A DNA stretch of 62,632 bases, filler included, from Basidiobolus ranarum (GCA_040143965.1; 25 parts of 25 records of this genome joined end to end with filler, not necessarily neighbours in it), one strand, 5' to 3'; shown: positions 11,518 through 25,155, counted from the whole stretch's first letter. Notes: generated by a model from the sequence alone, not told the origin. Numbers and translations: made by a program.

Positions 11518-12491
11518 ATGACTACAGAAAGAAATGTCTTTTCCGATGTTTCACAAAAAGCAAAGAATGTTTTGTTTAAGGCCTTGCCTATTGCAAGCTG
11601 GCTTCCATATTACAACAAGAAGTGGCTTTTTGGTGACGCTCTTGCCGGCATTACTGTTGGTGTGATGGTGGTCCCTCAGGTAAGTAATACACTCGAATGT
11701 TCAATTCAAAACTTTGAGGTTAACCGGTTCTATTTCCTCAGGTACTGGCATATGCTCAAGTGGTTGGCCTTCCTGTTCAATATGGTCTTTACAGTGCTAC
11801 GTTTTGCGCCATGGTTTACTGTCTTTTCGGGACATCCAAAGACGTCAATGTTGGACCTATTACCATGCTTTCCATGCTGACTGGCCAAGTATGCAGTCAG
11901 ATGGTTGAGGAGTATGGCTATAGTAATGTTGATGTAGCTATTGCTCTGACTTTTATGACCGGCATCATTTTGTTAGCGTTGGGAATTTTGAGACTGGGCA
12001 TTGTTCTAGATTTCATCTCAGTGCCAGTTATTGTTGGATTTACCTCTGGCGCTGGTATTGCCATTATGACAACTCAGGTGTGTAAACAGATGTCTACTTT
12101 TTAGTGAAATAGTCTCATCTAATTTTCCATATCTTATCCAATGTAGATTCCTAATTTCATCGGTTTGAAAGGGATTAATACTCGGGAGTCTGCCATTAAG
12201 ATTGTTATTAACGTTTTTAAGCATATCGGAAATGCCACTTGGGTAGACGTTGTAATTGGAGTCAGCTCTATCCTCGTTCTCGTAAGTCTTGACCAGATCA
12301 AAAGGCGTTATGGTCGCAGACATTTCGCCATTGGATTCTTGGGGATTGCTAAGAATGCAATCACTATCATCATATTTACATTGGTCAGTTTCATCATCTT
12401 GAAGACCGCCCCAGACACCAAAATCAGCATCATCCGTGATGTCCCCCGTGGTATTGCACCTCCGCGTTTCCCCAACATTGATTTGACCATG
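11518..12491 (+). CDS. SulP/SLC26 sulfate permease, 5' part (exons 11518-11679, 11742-12077, 12147->contig end)
   Basis: LPIASWLPYY..KWLFGDALAGITVGVMVVPQ|VLAYAQVVGLPVQYGLYS...FGTSKDVNVGP...GILRLGIVLDFISVPVIVGFTSGA. GT-AG introns at 11680-11741 and 12078-12146 keep the frame. Confidence 0.95.
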
Positions 12492-14334
12492 NNNNNNNNN
12501 NNNNNNNNNNNNNNNNNNNNNNNNNNNNNNNNNNNTTAATTAATTAANNNNNNNNNNNNNNNNNNNNNNNNNNNNNNNNNNNNNNNNNNNNCTCTCCTTG
12601 GTTTGATTCAACAGCACTACCTTACACTTCAAAGCTAGATCCAGACTGATACTTGACATCAGAGTTCCCTTGATTGTTGATGTTAGCATTGTTCAAGTTA
12701 TTGTGTTTTCTAGTGACAGTTATAAATACCTGCTTGAGTAGTAAGACTGGCTCTGATGGATTTACAGTGCTCAATATTGGCTCTGTAGATTCATTTTGAC
12801 TAGGTTGTAGTTCTCCAACTGCTCTAGTAGCTTTGGATTTCTATGGCAATTAAAATATCTACCAAAAGGGGCTGCAAGTGTTACTTGAGCAAGCAGTACT
12901 GAGGCAATGAGTTAGCTAAGTGTTTGATGCATATCTCTATTGGTATTGGTTGATGTGTATTCTAGTGTATTTTCCTGCATATATATATTATCATAAATGG
13001 TTCTATCTAGCTTGTAACACTGATTTTGTGATTGAAGCCTCTTTAATATATACCATCTACTAAGCAGATTTAGTTGATCTGATTAAAAAGTGTAATGAAG
13101 GAGGCGATAGTGACAGTCAAGTAAGAGATTAAGTGCTGGCATCTAACCACAAACTTGGAAAGCAGGCTTCTCTGGTAAATGTATAATGACATGTAATGAG
13201 TAATAATTTATGTGGGATTACCTGAAATATAAGCAAGAAATAGGAAGTAATGTAGAAGGTGAATCTGATACAACTACAGTTTCATCTTTTCACCAATTTG
13301 TTTGGCCTTCTTCACCTTTAAATTTCAAGCATTTTAGTACCATTTGCACTTTTGAATAATGCTAAAGTGTATACCATGACCCTAATCATTGTTTTGATGT
13401 TGCCCAATAACCTTAACCCTCTCTTATAGCTGTTGCTAATTAAAGAAAAGTATTATACAACCTGTGATGTATTCATTGTTGTCCAGTTGCTGGTTTGCAC
13501 TTTTCTGTTTTTGGTATTCTTTGTGTGACTGTATTTCTTGGAGAGCTTGATATTATGTCCAACTCTTTTTGGGAATCAGTCATTAGTTCCATCTCCATTT
13601 TAACTTGCCATATTAGCTCTTCAATTGGTGTTAGACTGCAAGCATGACGTGATTATGGGAATGTATGTCTCACTTGCTAATTCATTAGCTTTTCCAAATA
13701 TTGGTGCTATCAAAGGAGAGTGTTTGCTTCAATGCCAAATTACTTGAGAATTTTCAGGATGATTGCACTAAAGACACCTTGAGCCTGAGCATTTGGGCTC
13801 TTGTGGCATTTCTGGCAAACTTGTGTCGAAGATCTGGCTGTAGATTAGGTTATGTCTTTATATATAATCTGGTTGGAAAGTTAGAGGTATACTTGGATTT
13901 TTATTATTTATCAAAGCATTTATTATATGCACTCTAGCTTGTTCCAATTGGTGTATTATATTGTCGCACTTAGAGTATATAATTGTCCTTTGAATACAGA
14001 TACAAGATGTTTGAGACAATACTAGCATAAATCTCCTTTCCTCTGAAATTACTAGGGCTTCTATAGAAAAAATCAAACGAATTGTTCATACTTTGGAGCT
14101 TTGTATGGTTTATTGCTTCATGCTTGATAATATTGAATACAAGGTAATTGTTTGGTGATGGTAAATGTATTAATAAATCATACTTTAATTACACCTATTA
14201 CAACTTGAGCCAGAAGATTCGGGCTCTTTAGGTTCTACTGGCAAAAAGGGCTGTTCTTGTTCAATGGGTTGCAAAGGCTGATATGCACCTAAAGCATGCC
14301 ACAAAATGCCAAAGACTACTAAAAATGACGGAGC

Positions 14335-15006
14335 GTATGGTGATAACAAACACCTTGTATGGAAAGCACTTAAAAGAGAGTCTAGGTAGTACTAAAGACT
14401 AGTGACAAGCGATTAAGGGTATGATGCCAAGAAATGACCGGTATGGAAAACACTTAGAGCACATTTTATCAAGTTCTATATACAACTGACAAGTGGCAAA
14501 GGGTAAGGCTACTGACAAAAGAACCAAGCGGTATGGGAAATACTTAAAGAAAAGTTTATAAAGTGCTATAAACTGGTGAAAAATGACATAGTGTACTGGA
14601 TCAAGAAATGATAGATATGGGAAATACCTGAAGGAGAGCCTATGCAGTGCGAGAGACTACTGGCAAATATTGAAGGGTATGGGAAATACTTCAAACAGAG
14701 TCTAGGAACAGTGGGTATAGGAAACGCTTAAAATTGAGTTTAAAAGTGCTAGAGAAAACTGACATGTGAAAAATGATGTGGTGTTGTAAAAAGACGGGTA
14801 TGGAAAACACTCAATAGAGAGTCTTGAAAGAACTAAAGACTACTGTCAAATAACAAAGGGTATGATGCCAAGAAACAACGGATATGGGAAAACCTTACTG
14901 ACAAATGACAAAGGGTACGAGCTAATAAACAAGCGATATGGGAAACACTAAAAGGATAGTCTACCCAGTGCTAAAGACTACTGACAAATGACGATGGGTA
15001 TGAAAA
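14335..15006 (+). repeat. Degenerate tandem array, ~40-90 bp units with a GTATGG(G/A)AAA core
   Basis: Core at ~14357, 14441, 14531, 14616, 14677, 14716, 14798, 14883 and 14937, with a recurring AAGACTACTGACAAATGAC. Confidence 0.8.
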
Positions 15007-15106
15007 NNNNNNNNNNNNNNNNNNNNNNNNNNNNNNNNNNNNNNNNNNNNTTAATTAATTAANNNNNNNNNNNNNNNNNNNNNNNNNNNNNNNNNNNNNN
15101 NNNNNN

Positions 15107-15441
15107 TTTTGATTCTCATTATGGCTGGAATACAAAGCCTAAAATATCTAAATAAAGGCATGCATATTAATTTGAATTCCTACAGCAGTAAACCCAGTAA
15201 TTTGCCATTCAAAAATTTTATTTTTGCAAAAATTGCTGGTTATTGAATAACACATGCCAAATTTGAGGATCAATATTTTAACATGTATGAATACCATTAA
15301 AATACCATCAAGAAACCGCCATCACTCCATCAAAATCCCTGGCAGAATGCAAGCCAGCAATATTGTGAAGGTTCTCTGACAGTTTTGCTATTTTGGAGGG
15401 TGGATCTGATCCTGATCAAATTGATTTTATTTTTGTTAGGG
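15107..15441 (-). mobile_element. CMC/EnSpm-like element end (ends TGTTAGGG on +)
   Basis: Matches the reverse complement of 2109-2370, plus 40211-40333 and 58220-58578. Confidence 0.75.
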
Positions 15442-16656
15442 ATACTGGAAGCTCTGGGAGTTCTTCTTAGTTATTACTAATATTTTTGAAACACATGTTG
15501 ATCATCACAGAGTTGTGTTAGATTCAGTAGCTCTGTTAGCATTCTAAGAGAGAATTGACATGTAGTTTTATACATATAATTTTAAACAAATGAAGTGCTG
15601 CCAACATTCAGTTCTTACTTTTATTCTTAATAACATTCTTTAGAGGTTAGAGCACTATGCTTTACTTTCTGGGAGCTTCCTATGCAACACATATGTGGAA
15701 ATATATTGCATTAGGCAAAGTCCACTGTGCTATTATATGCAAACTATACTAAGACTGTTACAGCTAAGTTGATTTTTAACACAATGCATTGAAGCTTAGA
15801 TGCCAATGGACATAGTATAGTGGAAAATGGTGTAGTTTGCTGGCCTCAAGAGCTATTATGGTTGCTGGGGAAATGTAAAGCAAGTTGTCATCAACCCTTG
15901 GCCAATGAGAAGCACCTAAGCATCTCTCTTCCTACAGTCATGATTACAAAAGTAACACTATTATTGACTTTAGCACCATGAGCTGAATGTATTTACGGGA
16001 TTACCCTGGATGGATTTCAACTTTTGAACTTTGTATAGGGTTATTTACTCTAGTAGTGTTACAAGATAGTGGTGCAGAATGTTTAGTTCATCTTATAAAG
16101 GGATATTCTGGCTGAACACCCAATGTGGCATAGAATAAATATATTTATTGGCAAATTGTGAAAGTTTACTTATAGAAACACTGCAAGAATCCTTTAAGAA
16201 GAACATTGGGTAATCAATGCAAAAGTAGCAAAACTCCAAATTGATAGTATTATTCTGGCTCTCTGTAGTCTTTGCAGTAATTTGGGCAGGATCCAATCCA
16301 AGTCATCTACAATTTATTTCCATAGGAAGCTGTAGCAGAGTGCATTAGAAAGAAGTGGTATTAGTAGTGCAGGTATATTAATATTTCTGTGAAATAGGTG
16401 CCAATAAAAGGTTCAACAAGAAGAGCTTATTGTTGCTTCCTACACAGGATCTGGCCGTCATTCTGACCAGTGATATGAAGCATATGACTGACTGCAGAAA
16501 TATCTTCTGTACAGAAATTTGCTACAATTTTAAATTGATATTGGTAATTCAATGTGGGACATTTCAAACCATAAACTGCTCTGCAGAGCAATTCAAAAGC
16601 ACTATGCTGCATCTTCCTGATGGAATATGATAGGCATATAAAATGTATAAATTTAC

Positions 16657-17004
16657 TATCAAAATCACTATTGCCTGATCACCTATATAGTGATATATTT
16701 GTTAGTACTTAGATATCCTATATTTAATGAAGATATCACCAATTACTCTCAATTAGAATTTACTTTAAAAACTCCACCAACCTGGATGCTCTTATTTATA
16801 CAATATTTTCAAACTTTTGCTAGAAGCCCTAAGCTTTGCACACATATTCCTGGGACATTTCTTGAATGAATATACACATTATTTTGCTTACATCTTGACA
16901 AAGCTATATATGTCAAGTTCCTATGCAATCAATTGATAAATGAAAGCCAACAATTTCTCTATTTCTGCTAAGCACTTCCAACAGGTTCCTAAAATACTTT
17001 AACA
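16657..17004 (+). mobile_element. Copia family A solo LTR with 5-bp TSD TTTAC
   Basis: Homologous to 5426-5789; TTTAC at 16652-16656 and 17005-17009. Confidence 0.85.
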
Positions 17005-17619
17005 TTTACAGCTTATTCTGACAAATCATAGTAATTATTAACAGGTACACTTTGTTTTAAATCCCTGCAAGTTCACTTGAGCATAGTTGGTATTATTGTC
17101 AGTCAACCTCTTGAACAAATATATTTCATGTACATTGAGGTTAATAGATACCAGTTTTGTAAGGTATGTGGCACTTGTGTCTATATGTTTAATTTTTTGT
17201 CCTTTTCAGCCTTCATAGACCATGTCAGAGTATATTGCAACACATATTTTGTAACAACCAGACTCCTGCTCCAAGACTTTTGTCTGGCCAATGTTGATTC
17301 AATTCTCTTTCCAATGTAGAAGCTTACCAAAACTATGGCATGAACCTGGTCTTCTTCTGGTAAGTGAAATTAAACTACATAATCTCACTTATTATGAATG
17401 TGAAATATAAAATAGCTAGCAGAATAAGTATAGGGATAACAAATACAATTGAGGTTGCAAGATCTTTAAATTGTCAATTTTTTGCATATGCCATTCAAAT
17501 TACAAGTATTTTCCTTCATNNNNNNNNNNNNNNNNNNNNNNNNNNNNNNNNNNNNNNNNNNNNTTAATTAATTAANNNNNNNNNNNNNNNNNNNNNNNNN
17601 NNNNNNNNNNNNNNNNNNN

Positions 17620-18459
17620 CAAAGTGTAGAGAGTGCTTTCCTCTGCTTCTTTTGAAAGGCAAAGATAGCTTCTGGTGGTCCCTTTGGCTCTATTTCTTTT
17701 CCTGTAACAAATCCCCAAAGGTCCTTGTTTGCTAGCACCATTTGCATCTTGAACTTCCAAAGGTGAAAGTCTTCACCATCAAACTTCTCTGTGGATGCAA
17801 AAATGTAGGTAATAGTACTGGTAGACATTCTTTTAGCAGCTAGCTTGGGGCTCATAACCAGATAAAAGTGCTTAGGGAATTTGGAATTTTTTTGGACAAG
17901 ATTAGTATTTGTGAGTTAGACACTTATGTTTTATTGAATTGAATTTGTCCTATATATAGTTTACTATGAAATAGGACTTTTGGACATGCTTAGATCATAG
18001 CAAATGTGCTTGTTAAGTATAGCTGAAAATTTGATATGATTTGGAGAGGTTTTGAGAAAAAAGTGAAAATTAGTAAAAGTGATTGAATTGATATTTCTAT
18101 CAGATAGAGCAATAAACACACATTTCTGGATGACAGAATTGAGTCCAAGATAATCAGAATACAACTGAACTAACCACTAGGCATTAAGTTGCTATTTCCC
18201 TAATTTCAACATTCCCACACAACTAATTATATTGTATTTCTTCTAAACCTAACTTTTATAGTGATGATTCAAATTGTGCTTTAGCTAAAGGCTTGGTGAA
18301 GATATCAGCCGGCACTTCTTCAGTAGGGCAATAGACAAGTTCAAATATATCATTCTCTAATGCTTCTCTGATCAAATGATGCCTAATATCTCTATGTTTT
18401 GTTCTATCATGAAATATAGGGTTTTTAGCAAATGAAATACAACTATGATTATCTTCAAT
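17620..18459 (-). mobile_element. Copia family B: RNase H end, PPT, LTR (17860-18211), PBS and gag start
   Basis: Minus strand reads HDRTKHRDIRHH...ADIFTKPL, purine tract, TGTTGAAATTAGG LTR, PBS GGTTATGAGCCCC, then gag MSTSTITYIFASTEKFDGEDFHLWKFKMQMVL. Confidence 0.9.
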
Positions 18460-20032
18460 TATTGAAATTAGGTAAATAGCTACTCATCATTTAGTAGTTA
18501 GCTTATTCAAATTCTGATTATTTAGCACTCCATTCTGCCATTCAAAAACGTGTGTTTATTGCTCTAATTGATAGATATATCAATCAGATCACTTTTACCA
18601 ATTTTCACTATTTTCTCAAAACTTCTCCAAATCACCCTAAATTTTCACCCTTGCTTAATGGGCATGTTTTTATGATCTAAGCATGTCCAATAGTCCTATT
18701 TCATAGTAAACCATAAATAGTACATATTCAATTCAATAAAACCTAAGTGTCTCATTCAAAAATTCAAATTTTGTGCAAAATACTTTCAAGTGCTATGAGC
18801 ACTTTTATCAAATTATGAGCCACAAGCAAGAGGTGAAAGTAATGTCTACCAGTACTATTACCAATGTTTTTACATCCACAGAGAAGTTTGATGGTGAAGA
18901 CTTTCACCTTTGGAAGTTCAAGATGCAAATGGTGTGAGAAGACAATGACCTCTTGGGTTTTGTTACAGGAGAAGAAATAGAGCCAAAGGGACCACCATAA
19001 GCTATCCTTGCCTTTCACAATAAGCAAAGGAAAGGACTCTCTGTACTTTGTCTACATCTCAGAGATTTTCAATTGAGGCACATACAATCAGCCAAAAACA
19101 TCAAAAATGCTTGGGAAACACTTGAGCAACTATATGAGACTTGAAGCCTGGCTAATAGGCTATATCTTAGGCAAAAACCATTCTCAATTCTGATGAATCC
19201 TGATGATTCTATGCTTAATCATAAAATAAGATAAAAACTGTGGTAGATCAGCTCACCTCCATTGGAGCACCTCTAAATGAAGATGACTTAGTCATGACAC
19301 TACTTGGAAGCCTGCCAGACAAGTTTGGGAACCTCATAATTGCCCTAGCTTCAAGATCAGAACTATTAACAATGGAATATGTTGGTGCTAGGCTCTTGAA
19401 TAAAGAATTAAGGAGAGCTAATTCTCAGCAACTAATGCAGAACAGGCATCTTTTGGAGCTGTAAATTGCCCAACAGGCTTCAATAATGGTGCCCCTATTA
19501 GGAAATTAATCATCTGCAAGTATTGCAAGAAAGCAGGCAATTGTTTCAAAGAATGCAGAAAAAGGATTTTTGCCAAAATGCTAAAATTGGAATAAGCAAA
19601 TTGAGTAAGCACTGATAGAGATCATTTAGTTGTGTCTGTCTTGTTAGTAACCACTAAAGAAGACTCAGAAATGTGGTACATTGATTCAGGAGCTTTTCAG
19701 CATATATCAAACAGGAAAGATTGGTTTTCCAGCTTAAAACTAATCCAAACATGGAAAATCTACTCAGGTAATGACTTTGCACTAGATGCAGTTGGTAAGG
19801 GCACAGTTGTACTCAACTTAGACCAAAATTCAGCTACACCATCTGCAAAATTAGATGATGTACTCTATGTACCAAAGATAGCCAAGAACCTACTCTCAGT
19901 AAGCCAAGCAACAACTCAAGGATTAAATTTTGTGTTCAGCAAGGCTTGATGCACTATCACAGAGCAGAATAAATCCAAATTAGCCACTGAGATCAAAACT
20001 CATAACTTAAACAAGCTGAAAATCAACAAATT
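18460..20032 (+). mobile_element. Copia family B 5' LTR (18460-18810), PBS, gag and protease
   Basis: gag ATG at 18842; LLGSLPDKFGNLI; zinc knuckle CKYCKKAGNCFKEC; protease WYIDSGA; DVLYVPKIAKNLLSV. Confidence 0.92.
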
Positions 20033-20170
20033 NNNNNNNNNNNNNNNNNNNNNNNNNNNNNNNNNNNNNNNNNNNNTTAATTAATTAANNNNNNNNNNNN
20101 NNNNNNNNNNNNNNNNNNNNNNNNNNNNNNNNAATATTACATTCAATCAGAATTCTTAAAGGCTGGGGCA

Positions 20171-20459
20171 TGTTAAACTTAACATAGTCTAAACATCTAT
20201 ATAGTCATATATAGCTTAGTATTTAGTTATTCCATGTTGAACTGGTATCGCCTATTATTCTCAATCGGAATTTTCTTAAAAGTTTGAAGATATATGGAGG
20301 CCCCAAACTTTGCACATATGTTCCTGGGACCTTCCTTAACACATTTTACACGTTTGTTTGTTTACCTAACTATAAATGTCAACTCCATGAACCAATAAGT
20401 GAAATCCACAAATTTTAACTCTCCAAACCACTTCCAATAACTCCCAAAATCTTTCAACA
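20171..20459 (+). mobile_element. Copia family A LTR (diverged, internally deleted)
   Basis: TGTTAAA...TTTCAACA, homologous to 5426-5789. Confidence 0.75.
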
Positions 20460-22644
20460 AACCCTGTCGAGATATGTCTATTCAGAACTGCCTTAGAATG
20501 AATCAAAGATTCGTGGAAGAATCAACCCTCAAATGTATTTAGACAATACAGAGATTTTAAGCTTTGCTAAGTAGAATGTTCTTGAGCTATCTATATGGCT
20601 TGGCCATCAGTTTTTCAATTTTAGACAATAATTAGTAATGAGATATATCTTGAAGGACTCGTGTCTAAGTACCATTGAAGAGTTGTGATCCACTTTAAAT
20701 AACATTACTCACAAGACTGTCAGATGTTGATGGATACCAGTAACATAAACCTGCCTACGAATCTCAGTCCAATTTATACATTTGTGTTCTATTAAATATC
20801 GCCATTTGAATTAGCAAAAAGTTATACCTGTCATTGTATATAACTAAAAACAGGTTGGTTAAATACTTCTGAAGATTATACTCCTCCCCCCTCGCCGTTG
20901 GGATATATCAGGTGACATGTCACGTGTATATGTCAGATATATATAATGCATGAGAAAGGGATATATACCAAGTTTTCTTAGCAAGTATTTGATATTATTC
21001 GAAGAATATCGGTCTTAGACCTGTACTAATGTAAAAGATGGTGGTTTAGATCAAATTCAAAGCAAAATAGAAGGATTTCTAGACTGCTCAAAGAAATAGA
21101 TACGAGGTTTACTGTAATTTTAAGATGGTGCTCTCTTTCCACCATAATTAGAGGATATGTTTCGATTTTACCTTGCGAATAATATCCAAGATAGAAATAG
21201 TATCCTAACAACTATATTTCACTACTCCAGCGTTGAACTGTCAACAGTCAAGAGAATCAACACAAGTATACATGTACTTGAAGCCCAAATATGCAAATCG
21301 TATATTGGTACCCCAGATGATATGAGGAGACATTCAGGATTTGCCCCGGTAGATAGAGTCACCAACAATTCGTTAATCTACCGCGTTGTATGCTTTGAGT
21401 TCAGAATAGAGAGCAAAGTAAAAAGAGAATTTAGATTGATACCCAAAGAGCTATGGGTGCACAATGCTTATTGAGGTTGAAATCCAATCAACCTTCGAAA
21501 TATATACTGGTTCGTGCATTGTTATTAATGAATATATAGCTAATAATCTCTTTGGTACTAGAATTTTAGTTCTCCATTGTTGGCTGAATAACTGATATCT
21601 CGATATAACCCTTCCACAAGTATGCATCTTATTCCTAATGTATAACGGCTAATTTCTGGGATTGCCAAGATTCTCTAGACTCATTGGTACAAGTTTCGTT
21701 TAGAATAAAAAACAATATGCATCCTTGTAAATAAAGCTTCTGGACTCACTTCTTTTTCAATCACAAAGGGTATTCAGGAATCTTCCTGCCGATCATGTAA
21801 TTGAAATTACCTGATCATGTAGTGCCTACAGGCCAAGAGCAATAAGCCATAGTTGAGAATAAGATGTGCATCAACCTGAAACACAAAGTTAAGGGGTATT
21901 CGAGATCTTGATTATAAAGAGCTACGCTGAAATTGCATATTGGTATAGCCAATCCAGGTTTACTTCTGTTAACGAGAGAGTGCGGGCGGATCTAAGTGGT
22001 CGTAAGTCAATGCTAAAATATACTGCTTTAGTGTTATACAAGCTATACCTCGGCTGATTGAGGTGCATTAATTAGGACCGGCTAAAGGGCCTAGTTGTGC
22101 AGATTGAAACATCACTCAGCCGAAAGATAGGCATCGGTATATTCGAAAGGTCTCGGATCGAGGCTCCCTTTGTGACAAAAAGCTCCTAGTGTAGGCATGC
22201 AGGTTCATACAAGCAAATAAAAGCCATTCAAAGGATCTCTCTGTCATTACTCTTGGCATATACCAAATATCAGTAAAGTAGCCTAAACTGAATATTCATT
22301 TCAGGTCAACTGCTCGATCCAGCTCCATCGTTAAGTACTATATATGGAGATTTAATCACCAAATATCCATATTTGCATCCACATGCATATGAAAATGTAG
22401 CATTTGCTCAAGTTTTAAATTGAGAAAAGCATTTGTCAATATAAATAGGTAACCTGGGAGCCATACCGCCAGTTCATAGACATTTACAAATCTCTCTCCT
22501 TCTGCCTCCTACTAACGAATTTACTATGGCTGATGATAACAAACNNNNNNNNNNNNNNNNNNNNNNNNNNNNNNNNNNNNNNNNNNNNTTAATTAATTAA
22601 NNNNNNNNNNNNNNNNNNNNNNNNNNNNNNNNNNNNNNNNNNNN

Positions 22645-23790
22645 TACAGGAGGCTATGAAGAGTCCCAACACAAGGTTTTGGAGTGCTGCAATGGCAGAG
22701 GAGTATCAGTCACTCATAGATAACCAAACTTGCAATTTGGTTAAGTTACCAGAAGACCAAAAATCAATTGGATGCAAATGGGTGTTTAAAGTTACACAGC
22801 AAGCTGATGGATCTGTAAAAAGATACAAAGCCAGACTTGTGGCTTAAGGAGACTCTCAAATGGAACATATATTATATATATACATGAATAATGAGAGAAT
22901 TAGCAATTCCTTATTGGAAATTTCAAACTCATCCAAGTTGCCCAAATATAGCTCATTTTAATCCCAAAGATTTTCTGAACACAACCCCAGGGTTAGTTTT
23001 CTGTATTTACACCACAATGTATAAATGCTTTTTTTCTGGACAATAATTAACTATCCCACAAAAGCTATTGGCTACTCCACTTTTCTCAAGTTCCTCCAAA
23101 CAGCCCATATATTCCCAATATTTGAATGATTGGAACAGGAGAAATTTCTTCTTGCCTTCATCTGAGATCATTTTCATTTAACAAAAGACCCCTGGACTTG
23201 ATGAACTGGAAAATCTTGGTATCATAGAGTCTGTAGGCCTTGATTTGAGTACAATAACCCAGAAATATGCATTTCTTACTTTTTACATCATGTTTAGACC
23301 AATTTTTAGTCATAACCTTGACCTTTGCAATGGGAAGTTTTCCCATAGCCTATTAAAGCATTTTCTTAATTTTTTTTGAATCTCAATTTGAATAAATCTT
23401 CATCCGGAAGTCTGCCATATATATAATTGAAGGTCAAATCCATTTCATTCACTTAAAGATTGAATCTATTTAATAGTGATTCAATGTCTTCTCCAAGCTG
23501 CATCTTCAAGTTAAGAATGATCTTCTTAAAAGCATTTTTTGGAAGTAGATCTTGTTTTGTAGGTGTCTTCCAAGGCTTTCAAATCTTCTGGGCAGTTTTA
23601 GCACTTGAACCTTAAATTTGCAATTTGTCTTTAACATCAAGATAAGTTGTATTAGAGGCCCTTGTTCTTTCTTAACCTGGAGTAAAACTTTAGTTTGAGA
23701 TAGTTTTGCATTGTCTTCTTCTCCAATAATGTTGTCTGCATTTCCTTTTTCCTGCTGCAGCATTTTCATTTTTATTTTTCAACCTTGATA
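22645..23790. mobile_element. Mosaic of copia fragments: RT (+, 22645-22870), integrase C-terminal region (-, ~23100-23350), family A gag (-, ~23460-23790)
   Basis: IGCKWVFKV...RYKARLVA; KKCIFLGYCTQIKAYRLYD; KMLQQEK...GEEDNAKLSQTKVLL. Confidence 0.85.
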
Positions 23791-24157
23791 ATTGATATTG
23801 GGGATGGATATAATGCAATGGGCTAAGGAGACTCCAGACTATATTAACATTCAAACAAAGGCCTCTTTTCAATGTGCTCACGTATTTTTGCATTGTTTGA
23901 ACATAATGACAGCAACATAACCCAATCCATGTACACACAGTAAGTATCTATTTAATTTGGACTGTTTTATGTGATCAATAATCTGACAGTATTGCTAGGA
24001 AAGCTTCCAGACAGACTTCTTGGTGAGATAAATCAAGATACAAAGAATTATGTTCTAGCCATGGAGTAATTTATACAAGCCATATCATATCTACTTGTGG
24101 CAGCACATTTGTTGACGGCAAGTTGGGATATTTTGACTGAATCCTTTATGAAAATTT
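23791..24157 (+). mobile_element. CMC/EnSpm-like transposase C-terminal fragment
   Basis: MDIMQWAKETPDYINI matches 7671-7820. Its 3' half matches ~57860-58040. Confidence 0.75.
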
Positions 24158-25055
24158 TGTTGAAATTAGGTAAATAGCAACTCATTATTTAGTAGTTAGT
24201 TCATTCCTATTCTGATTATTTAGTACTCAATTCTGTCATTCAAAAATATGTATTTGTTGCTCTAATTGATAGAAATATCAATCAGATCACTTTTACCAAT
24301 TTTCACTATTTTCTCAAAACTTCTAAAAGAGTGAAATTCATCAAATTCATGTATTTGCTATGTTTTACCAACCAGAATAATAGAAACATATTCTTGAAGG
24401 TCTGAGCTGAGTGCCAAGTAATATGAATGTGAATACTTAAACTACAAAATCATTAGTTGTTAATTATCTACTCTCTTCAAGACATACCATGTTGAGCAAT
24501 AAAAACACCCTTTTGAATTTCAAAATTGAGCATGGGGTACAAGCCATTTGTTAGCTAAAAGCTTGGCAGAGATGTCAGTAAACCTGCCTTTAACAGGGCA
24601 ATTAACAAGTTCAACCATGCACTTACCAATGCTTTTCTAACAAAGCAGTAACATATATCTAAATGCTCTTTTCTGAGTATTTGCTATTTTTGTTGAAATT
24701 AGGTAAATAGCAACTCATTATTTAGTAGTTAGTTCATTCATATTCTGATTATTTAGCACTCAATTCTGTCATTCAAAAATGTGTGTTTATTGCTCTAAAT
24801 GATAGAAATATCAATTAGATCACTTTACCAATTTTCACTCTTTTCTCAAAACTTCTCCAAATCACCTCAAAATTTCACCCATGCTTAACAGGCATGTTTG
24901 TTATGATCTAAGCATGTCCAATAGTCTTATTTCATAGTAAACTATAAATAGGACATATTCAATTCGATAAAACTTAAGTGTCTAATTCACAAATCCAAAT
25001 CTTCTCCAAAACACTTGTAAATCCCCTAAACACTTTTATCAGGTTATGAGCCCCA
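24158..25055 (+). mobile_element. Copia family B LTRs (partial 24158-24323; complete 24690-25041) and PBS 25042-25055
   Basis: TGTTGAAATTAGGTAAATAGC...CACTTTTATCA followed by GGTTATGAGCCCCA. Confidence 0.9.
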
Positions 25056-25155
25056 NNNNNNNNNNNNNNNNNNNNNNNNNNNNNNNNNNNNNNNNNNNNT
25101 TAATTAATTAANNNNNNNNNNNNNNNNNNNNNNNNNNNNNNNNNNNNNNNNNNNN

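Noticed and set aside
14335-15006. CRISPR-like array
   Set aside because: Cores are short and degenerate, the intervening segments are homologous to each other and vary in length, there are no cas genes, and the context is eukaryotic.
22526-22544. Gene starts at contig edges (MADDNK at 22526; MTIFPIVLPP minus strand at ~47777)
   Set aside because: Too few codons to identify.
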